Positions 57,444-64,000 of a DNA stretch of 64,000 bases are shown here, one piece after another. The DNA is taken from assembly GCA_002869165.1 (NCBI GenBank), contig PKTK01000006.1, positions 2,127-66,126 of the forward strand, read 5' to 3'. This DNA is from Candidatus Parcubacteria bacterium. Lineage in GTDB: Bacteria; Patescibacteriota; Patescibacteriia; Patescibacteriales; UBA12075. Positions within the stretch are counted from its first letter, which is position 1. Each line of letters begins with the position of its first letter. Position numbers and translations under genes: made by a program. The notes under the pieces are model-generated. The model was not told the origin of the DNA and searched no databases. It saw only the letters and a list, made by a program, of their open reading frames with translations.

Positions 57444-58110
57444 TGTGTTAAATTTAATTATAATCTTAATGTTATTATAACACTTTTAGGTATTTTTTAA
57501 CAAGGATTTTTTTGTGAATAACATAGCTAATAAATTCTACATAAAAATTTGATTTCTTTTGGAATTATATAAATTAAAAAATTAGAAAATTATTTCTAGT
57601 AATAAAAAACTCCCTTATAGAGAGATTTTTTATTCCCTTCTCGAGAAGAGTGGATGCGGAACGGAGTGAAGCAGACGGGGTGTGTTTTGTTTCCAACGTC
57701 TTTTACACCCCTTCTTATTCTCATCGGATACTACTTAATAATTTCAAAGGCCAGACCTCTAGTATTAGAGGCCTGGCCTCTGAAATTGTGGTTACCCAAG
57801 CATAATGAAATAGCGCCTGTTAGGAGCCTGACCTCAACACCCCAAGGGTCAGGCTCCTTTTACAGATCGCTTATTTCTATTTTTGTTTTTTGTAAATTTT
57901 TGCTGTGATTTTCACAGCTTCTAGATAATTTTTTTAAATTATCTAGAAGCTGGGAAAATTGTCCTTTTTTATTAAGAAAAGCGCCAAAAGATTATGCTGC
58001 ACTTCTTGTTAATGATCTTTGATATTCTTCACTTCTTCCACTCTATTTAGACCTCTGACGTCCCCAGGACGTCTGAGGTCTCTCGTTCGTAAAATCCTAT
58101 GCTTTTCTTC

Positions 58111-58170
58111 GTGTCATCCTGAACGCTAGTGAAGGATCTCGGGATCCTTCGCCTGCGCTCAGGATGACAC
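58111..58170. repeat. 60-nt palindromic element with GTGTCATCCTGA termini
   Basis: GTGTCATCCTGAACGCTAGTGAAGGATCTC / GGGATCCTTCGCCTGCGCTCAGGATGACAC, 15 nt downstream of the stop at 58185. Confidence 0.75.
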
Positions 58171-58184
58171 TTTATGTTTAACTA

Positions 58185-58478
58185 CTATCTAGCACATCTA
58201 AATCCAACTGTAGAAGTGGCTATGGTTGGTGATTGTGAGATATCAAGGTCATACAATGCTGATTCACCTCTAATGAAAGCATGTAATACTGTTGGCTCTG
58301 TACCAGTCTTGACTCGTCCGATACCATTATCACTTCCATAATAATATGGAGGTGCGATATTATATCCTTTATAGTCTGCAATCATATAATACTCTTGCCA
58401 GTCATTAGATTGTGGCTCAAAGACTGAAGCATCTGTTACAACCTGGTCAGTCCATTCAGCTACACCGCCGACAATATT
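58185..58478 (-). CDS. in-frame continuation of the 58479..63869 ORF (second half of an FGE-sulfatase/C-type-lectin-like domain)
   Basis: Directly after the TAA at 58479-58481, the same frame reads NIVGGVAEWTDQV...RGESA...VGFRCAR. These are the C-terminal motifs of that domain, while the N-terminal motifs lie upstream of the stop. Confidence 0.6.
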   Translation of the reverse strand, partial: NIVGGVAEWTDQVVTDASVFEPQSNDWQEYYMIADYKGYNIAPPYYYGSDNGIGRVKTGTEPTVLHAFIRGESALYDLDISQSPTIATSTVGFRCAR

Positions 58479-61400
58479 TTATAAAATCGAACCATTGCTA
58501 AAGTATAGATAGTTTGACGAGGTTGCTTCACTTGAACTAGCAATAGCAAGTTGTAAACCATCCAAATCTCTATCAATATCATTTTCAATTACTCTAATAG
58601 CATTTTCAGCAATAGTTAGCCATTCATTTTCAGTCAAAAGATGATAATCTGACCCGAGTTCCTGACAAGCTAGACTTGCTTCACCTTGGTTGATGTTCAC
58701 CCAAGCATCGTTCTCTTCAGCAAATTCTATAGAAGCTTCATCGATCTGAACACAGAAGCCTGGCATGGTTCCGTATTTACTTGATCCTGGGGCCCAAGTA
58801 AAACCGTCATCACAATATGACTCAAAAGCTCCTGCCACAACTTTGCCTTCAACTCCCATATCACCCATGCTTTCGTCAACCGCATTATCAAGAGCTGAAC
58901 CACAAGCACCACCAGAACAGATCATAATCCTACCATCGACCATCATTTCACCAACTACGGATACCTTACCGGTTTCAGCGATACTTACAACTGAAACTCC
59001 ATCAGCTTGGAAGTCAGCAATATCAGCGCTACCTTCTTGGTTAACTACGAAAGCTGTCTTTAAGCTAGTAGTAGCAGAAACTATTTCAACTACAGCTACA
59101 TCAGAGCTAGTTGATGTTCTAGTTCTCTTGATATCGCCCATTCTCACTCCACCATCGTCAGTTACCTCAATAGAGGCACTAAGGACAGTTGTACTTGATA
59201 CTGAAGGCATGCTGAAACTAGCTAGTTCTGCCTCCACAGAAGCTAAGCCTGTTTCTAAAGTATTGATATTTGAATTAATAGAATCTACACTTGTTTCTAG
59301 ACTTACAAGTCTACCCAAAACATCATCCATACTTGAACTAAGAGTTAATAATTGATTATCAACTTCATTAAACTCAACATCAAGTCTTGAATCTAGGCCC
59401 TGATTAAATAGAGCTAATTCCTCGTTAATAATTGGAGTAATCTCATCATCTAGTGATAGAGAATCAACGGCATTAGCAATCAATATTTCAACCTCATCTT
59501 CAATTTCCATATCAGCGATTCTCTCGGTAATTTTATTCTCTACCATATCTACGGTTAAGCTCTTGTTGCGACGTGAAATCAAAACATTGATAGTACCACC
59601 ATGAATAGCGATGCTTTCTGTATTGTTAATTGTTTCTACCTGTGTCTCAGTTGATTCTGGAGTAGTGGAACTAGCCACATCAGTAGAAGTAGATATTTCT
59701 ACAGCTGAGCTAGCTGTATCAGCTGAAATAGCGACTTCAGTAATTACTTCTTCAGATATTGTTATGTCATAACTACCAATTTCAACTCCTTCATCAAAAG
59801 ACTCAAGAGCAACACCAACTGTTGGGTCTCCTGGAAGAGCTCTCATTAAATAACCTGGATTAGAAGCAGCGGATGTCAAAGAGTCACCTGGTCGAATAAT
59901 ACCATTTTCCGTAGAAACTCGAGCTGGAACCTGACCAAGCATACCGATGACTTTGTAATTTTCATTGTCTTCATAGCTTGACTTAGCATTACCAATGATC
60001 GATGGTCTGGTTGAAACTATGCCCATTACATTAGTATCAGCTCCATCCATACATCTCTCAACCGCGTTGTTCTCAGTAATATCCACACAAACTACTTCCC
60101 CAGCTTCAAGGTCAGTATCACGAGTATAGAAATACTCAGCATAGTCAGCCCCACTTCCCGAGAAACTACCTTCAGCATAAACATTACCAGCACCAGTTAC
60201 TCTAAATACAGAATTATCTGTTGATGACGAAACCTTGAATACATCCGAACTAGAAGTATGATTGATTGTTAAATCTGACAAAACTGGAGTTACGGTATCA
60301 TCACTAGTAGAAAAGGCGACTTGATATTGAATCCATTTGTCTCCATCATGAACTGAATTGATATTAACACCTGTAGATGTGGTATAGTAATCACCTGTTC
60401 CAGTTGGTCCATACCAAGTAGCGCCAGATAGGCCACCTTCAGTTGAAGCAGATCTTAGCTTGATTTGAATATCAGTATTCGTTGGCAATGTTTCAGTCCA
60501 TTCAAGTATTCCATATTGAAGATCATAAACATCAACATTAAAAGTCTGAGAAATAAATACACCTGATTCCTCATATTTAACATCATTTCTGTAATATTTT
60601 AACAATGCAGCTGCATCATAACCAAATATAACATCTAGGTCTCCGTCAGCATCCATATCAGCAGAGGTTAGAGCACCATTGGCTCCAACATCAGCAATCC
60701 AAGTGTCTGTAATATAAGACCATGAAGGAGATGAAGTTGAGCCAATATTTTTATAATAATAACTTTTTCCGTCATCAGCCCCTAGAAGCAAGTCATAATC
60801 TCCGTCACCGTCAAAATCAGCAGCCTCTGGGAAAACTCTTATTCCAAAATCATTTGACAACCAATTAGAGCTTACAAGAGACCAAGAGGCCGAGGTGGCT
60901 GAACCAACATTTTCATAATAAGCAACTTTTCCATCATTAGCATCTGAAATTAAATCATAATCTCCATCAGCATCCATGTCAGCAAAACTGTATGATCCAG
61001 TTATAGAAAAAACGCTTGATGACCAATCAGAAGAGGTAGCAGAACCAATATTCTCATAGAAATATGAAGTAGAGCCATCAAGAAAAAAGTCATAATCACC
61101 ATCATCGTCAATATCAACAAACTCTGGCCTTGAATAACTTCCTACATCTATACTCAACCAAGTATGAGTTACTGTAGTCCATGAAGGAGATGTGCTTGAA
61201 CCATCATTTCTATAAAAACTAAGTTCACCATCACTATAACCAGCTATAATATCATAGTCGCCATCGCCATCAATATCAACTACACTAGGAGCGGCAGTGC
61301 TTCCCGCAGGAGCATCATTGACATACGTACTAGAAGCATAAGTCCAATTAACTCCATCTTCAATTAATTGAACATCACCAGCTGTGCCACTATTAACAAC

Positions 61401-63869
61401 TGTAGTAGATGAATGAGTTCCACTATCAAAGTCTGAACTAGTAGTATCTAATACATATGAATTAGAAACTGTATTTAATACTATATCAACATTTCCCGCC
61501 ACCGTTAAAGTTGAGCTGGTAGTAGAAGTGCCAATACCTACTTTTCCGCTACCATCGATCACAAAATTAGAATTTGAAGTCAGAGTATTAGAGTCTGACC
61601 AATAGGCAATCTGATTGGCTGTACCTGATCCATCAATACCAGTAGCAGCATCAGCCCAAGATGTTTGACCATTTGCATCTACCTGCAAATACTGACCAGC
61701 GCTTCCAGCTGTTACTGGTAGATACCAGCTTAGATTGGAAGCTAGAGATGAGCTAGCTTTCCAACTAGCACTGTTTCCACTAACATTGAATAAACTCAAA
61801 GTAGCTCCATTGTCTGATAATATAGACTGATTATTCATGTAGAAAGTATTACCAGAGGTATAGATATCATCAGCGTATAGAGATCCTCCAATAGTTACGG
61901 TAGCAGATCCCATTGGAGATGTTGTGCCAATGCCAATACGACCATTTGAAAGAATTGTCAAAACGGTAGATGAACCAATTGTATCTGATGTACCAAGCAC
62001 AAATGCGCCTAATGAATTATCAATACCCATTGACATATCCATAACATATCCGTCAAAAACCAACCCTGAGTCAACAGGTAAGCCAGAACCAATAGTAATT
62101 GCTGATTGTGTGCTGGTAGCTGCCTGAATAATAAGCTTTCCAACATCATCAACCGTAAAACTTGTATAATGACTATCATCATAAGCTAAGGTCAACTGAC
62201 TACCTGTGCTCTTTACTGTGAGGGCTGAAACTGGGCTTGTTGTACCGATTCCCAATCTATTATTTATATCATCCCAGAATAAGTTTGAACTGTCTTGAGT
62301 TACACCAGAAGCTGAGGTGAATAGAATAGAACCAGCAGTATAAGAACTAGGTGTATCTGACAAGCTCAAGAAATCAGAAGCTGAACTACCAGAAAGACTG
62401 GTTGATGAAATATAGTCATACCCGCCTGAAGCATTGCCAATCAACATATAACCAGCCATAGGCGTGGTAGAGGTTCCCGTACCTCCATTTGCAACAGAAA
62501 GTGGAGCATTGTCTAAGTCAAAATAATTTGCACTTGCATGATCTCCCCAGCCATAAGCCTCTGCCCACTCAGTAGTTGAAGCAGTTAATGGAATATTATA
62601 ATCACTATCCAAAGAGAATTCACCAGTAGTATCATTATAGACTAAACCAGTTGCAGTTGAACTTAGGTCAGTTAAAGCGATACCTGAACCACTAGGAGTA
62701 CCCCAAACAAAATTACCAGCAGCATCTAAAATAAGCGCCTCTCCTTCTGATCCTTGGCTTGTAGGCAATGCCCAACTCAAATCGCTAGCCAAGGCTGTAC
62801 TAGCTACCAAAGATGCACTATATCCATCCTGATTATATAAACTCAATGTTCCACCACCACCAGAAATTATTGGCTTGCCATTCATATAAAAAGTGCTGCC
62901 AGAAGTATAAATATCATCAGCGTATAGTGACCCACCCACAGTTACTCTGTAGGCTGAGCTAGTTGTACTGATACTGATATTGCAGCTGGCATCAATTGTA
63001 AATGTTGAGGTAGATGTTAGAGTATCAACGTCTGACCAATATGTTATTTGATTGGTTGCGCCTGAGCCGTCAACAGTACCAGCTGAGCTGAAACTGGTCC
63101 ATGTACCATTAGCATCTCTGTATTGCATGGTACCAGCATTATCTCGGATACCATAACCTGCTTCAGCAACTGAAGTAGTAGCACCGAAATTAATGTATCT
63201 AGATGCGCCTTCTAGGAAGATATTTCCGTCTACTGTTAGCTTGGATAATGGTGAGGTAGTGCCAATGCCTACCTTACCACCATCCGTAGCGCTAGATAAA
63301 TATATATAACCTCCTCCTCCGTTGCCTAAGACGACACCTGCAGAAGTACTATTTTGAGCACCAATAAAAACATTGTTACCGCTATCATATATAGCTCCCC
63401 TATTTCCAAAATAATATCTACCTGCATTCTTAAACAAAAGATAATTATCTGTACTCATATTAATGCTGCCATTATGCCCATCTGCAGAAACTAATTCTAT
63501 TTTACCTCCATTATCAATTGTCAAAGCTTCACTTGGAGTAGTTGTTCCAATACCAACCTTACCATCACTTGAAACAAATATAGTACTGGTTGCTTCTGGA
63601 TTAGCACTACCGTTACCAACATATACATATCCTTGAGCAAGGGTCATATCTGACAAACTTCCCCATTTGGCATCCCAGACTGATTCTTTTGAATTTACTG
63701 TATTATAGGCTGTGTTCCAGTTTGAGGTACTTGCTATTAGAGGGATATTGTAGTTTCCATCTAGGGTAATTTCGTTACTTGCCAGTGAGAATGGACTTGG
63801 TACTGATGTTATTCTATATAAATAGCCTTGATTCCAATAGGTTGAACTAGCTATGTATTCGTCATACAT
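58479..63869 (-). CDS. giant tail-fibre-like surface protein (segment between two in-frame TAA codons)
   Basis: 1796 aa with repeated (K/R)xGIGTTSPxxxLTV motifs and five FG-GAP-like DxDxDGDYD blades (about 60600-61330). An ADYAEYF...MGIVSTRPSIIGN segment is like Peptidase_G2/IMC regions. A coiled coil follows, then the first half of an FGE-sulfatase-like domain. Confidence 0.8.
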   Translation of the reverse strand: MYDEYIASSTYWNQGYLYRITSVPSPFSLASNEITLDGNYNIPLIASTSNWNTAYNTVNSKESVWDAKWGSLSDMTLAQGYVYVGNGSANPEATSTIFVSSDGKVGIGTTTPSEALTIDNGGKIELVSADGHNGSINMSTDNYLLFKNAGRYYFGNRGAIYDSGNNVFIGAQNSTSAGVVLGNGGGGYIYLSSATDGGKVGIGTTSPLSKLTVDGNIFLEGASRYINFGATTSVAEAGYGIRDNAGTMQYRDANGTWTSFSSAGTVDGSGATNQITYWSDVDTLTSTSTFTIDASCNISISTTSSAYRVTVGGSLYADDIYTSGSTFYMNGKPIISGGGGTLSLYNQDGYSASLVASTALASDLSWALPTSQGSEGEALILDAAGNFVWGTPSGSGIALTDLSSTATGLVYNDTTGEFSLDSDYNIPLTASTTEWAEAYGWGDHASANYFDLDNAPLSVANGGTGTSTTPMAGYMLIGNASGGYDYISSTSLSGSSASDFLSLSDTPSSYTAGSILFTSASGVTQDSSNLFWDDINNRLGIGTTSPVSALTVKSTGSQLTLAYDDSHYTSFTVDDVGKLIIQAATSTQSAITIGSGLPVDSGLVFDGYVMDMSMGIDNSLGAFVLGTSDTIGSSTVLTILSNGRIGIGTTSPMGSATVTIGGSLYADDIYTSGNTFYMNNQSILSDNGATLSLFNVSGNSASWKASSSLASNLSWYLPVTAGSAGQYLQVDANGQTSWADAATGIDGSGTANQIAYWSDSNTLTSNSNFVIDGSGKVGIGTSTTSSTLTVAGNVDIVLNTVSNSYVLDTTSSDFDSGTHSSTTVVNSGTAGDVQLIEDGVNWTYASSTYVNDAPAGSTAAPSVVDIDGDGDYDIIAGYSDGELSFYRNDGSSTSPSWTTVTHTWLSIDVGSYSRPEFVDIDDDGDYDFFLDGSTSYFYENIGSATSSDWSSSVFSITGSYSFADMDADGDYDLISDANDGKVAYYENVGSATSASWSLVSSNWLSNDFGIRVFPEAADFDGDGDYDLLLGADDGKSYYYKNIGSTSSPSWSYITDTWIADVGANGALTSADMDADGDLDVIFGYDAAALLKYYRNDVKYEESGVFISQTFNVDVYDLQYGILEWTETLPTNTDIQIKLRSASTEGGLSGATWYGPTGTGDYYTTSTGVNINSVHDGDKWIQYQVAFSTSDDTVTPVLSDLTINHTSSSDVFKVSSSTDNSVFRVTGAGNVYAEGSFSGSGADYAEYFYTRDTDLEAGEVVCVDITENNAVERCMDGADTNVMGIVSTRPSIIGNAKSSYEDNENYKVIGMLGQVPARVSTENGIIRPGDSLTSAASNPGYLMRALPGDPTVGVALESFDEGVEIGSYDITISEEVITEVAISADTASSAVEISTSTDVASSTTPESTETQVETINNTESIAIHGGTINVLISRRNKSLTVDMVENKITERIADMEIEDEVEILIANAVDSLSLDDEITPIINEELALFNQGLDSRLDVEFNEVDNQLLTLSSSMDDVLGRLVSLETSVDSINSNINTLETGLASVEAELASFSMPSVSSTTVLSASIEVTDDGGVRMGDIKRTRTSTSSDVAVVEIVSATTSLKTAFVVNQEGSADIADFQADGVSVVSIAETGKVSVVGEMMVDGRIMICSGGACGSALDNAVDESMGDMGVEGKVVAGAFESYCDDGFTWAPGSSKYGTMPGFCVQIDEASIEFAEENDAWVNINQGEASLACQELGSDYHLLTENEWLTIAENAIRVIENDIDRDLDGLQLAIASSSEATSSNYLYFSNGSIL

Positions 63870-63941
63870 TCCAGACCACTCTGTAGTAGAGGCTGTTAAA
63901 GGAATGCTATAACCTGATACTACTCCTAATTGATTATTTTA

Positions 63942-64000
63942 TATTTCTAGATTATCTGTGGCTGAAGTTATTCTATTTAGATAGACTGTATCCCAATATG
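63942..64000 (-). CDS. upstream in-frame segment of the same gene (runs off the right edge)
   Basis: The frame reads YWDTVYLNRITSATDNLEI, then TAA (63939-63941), then NNQLGVVSGYSIPLTASTTEWSG-M.... This parallels the next repeat, YWNQGYLYRITS...GNYNIPLIASTSNW. Confidence 0.55.

Noticed and set aside
57444-58184. Identification of the structured intergenic region as tmRNA, RNase P RNA or SRP RNA.
   Set aside because: I could not find the conserved cores on either strand. These are GAGGAAAGUCC and ACAGAA..GGCUUA for RNase P, a tRNA-like T-arm with CCA end and a tag ORF for tmRNA, and the GGAA/AGCA helix-8 loops for SRP.
58185-58330. A complete diversity-generating retroelement at the C-terminal lectin-like domain.
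   Set aside because: No reverse transcriptase gene and no template-repeat-like duplicate of the 3' coding end are present in the window. Only the target-like fold and a nearby hairpin are seen.
13855-58912. Minus-strand ORFs nested in another frame of larger genes (13855..14058, 19629..19817, 26330..26533, 34760..34954, 41288..41500, 58727..58912).
   Set aside because: They are fully contained in well-supported genes (zinc-ribbon protein, hsdR, Topo-finger protein, scpA, the giant proteins). They have no motifs and look like frame artefacts.
422-62127. All plus-strand ORFs in the track (for example 422..607, 1941..2300, 6733..7094, 9824..10177, 15211..15492, 34804..35154, 58765..59355).
   Set aside because: Each lies antisense within a longer minus-strand ORF that has recognisable motifs. 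Their translations are low-complexity (S/F/L/I-rich), as expected from reading AT-rich genes backwards. None has a motif or a sensible boundary.
1-64000. An alternative genetic code (UGA or UAG reassignment, as in some CPR lineages and phages).
   Set aside because: Very long ORFs are open under the standard code. TGA (196-198), TAG (5327-5329) and TAA (807-809) all occur as sensible gene ends that abut the next start codon. Only the two TAA codons in one gene are odd, and these are reported separately.

Overview
This is a 64 kb, AT-rich, very gene-dense window. Every ORF I consider credible lies on the minus strand. The plus-strand ORFs in the track look like antisense shadows. The tight packing, the housekeeping genes and two giant repeat proteins suggest a small-genome Patescibacteria/CPR-type bacterium using the standard code; this is inference only. 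The window falls into three blocks.

(1) 1-29,580 is mobile DNA stacked at a tRNA-Thr(GGU) locus. Three tRNA-Thr 5' portions sit in tandem at 29,572, 29,419 and 29,251.
- Only the innermost copy (28,973-29,251) is complete. It is interrupted by a 207-nt group-I-like intron placed inside the 7-nt anticodon loop.
- The middle copy's matching 3' half lies about 21.3 kb away (8,083-8,124), next to a paralogous integrase.
- My reading is a nested series of integrative elements that split tRNA-Thr in the anticodon loop. Each carries its own replacement tRNA-Thr, terminator and integrase.
- The inner element's cargo includes a type I R-M operon with two tandem hsdM paralogs and a coupled 787-aa membrane protein. 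It also has an FtsK-like translocase, an SF3-helicase-like protein, an ArdC-N-like protein and a second integrase.
- The outer DNA (1-8,124) holds a lone terminase large subunit, two integrases and miscellaneous enzymes and membrane proteins.

(2) 29,648-36,109 is housekeeping: a TPR protein, class II aldolase, TIM, a DD-carboxypeptidase, ScpB/ScpA and a membrane protein.

(3) 36,114-64,000 is a surface-protein region.
- An 18.75-kb gene encodes 6,250 aa built from about 2.1-kb supermodules, each containing about seven propeller-blade-like repeats.
- A GIY-YIG nuclease gene is bracketed by 25-bp inverted repeats related to stand-alone hairpin elements elsewhere in the window.
- There is also a membrane-fused spermidine-synthase-like protein.
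- A second giant, tail-fibre-like gene runs off the right edge and contains two in-frame TAA codons inside clearly continuing coding sequence.

I saw no rRNA or CRISPR array.
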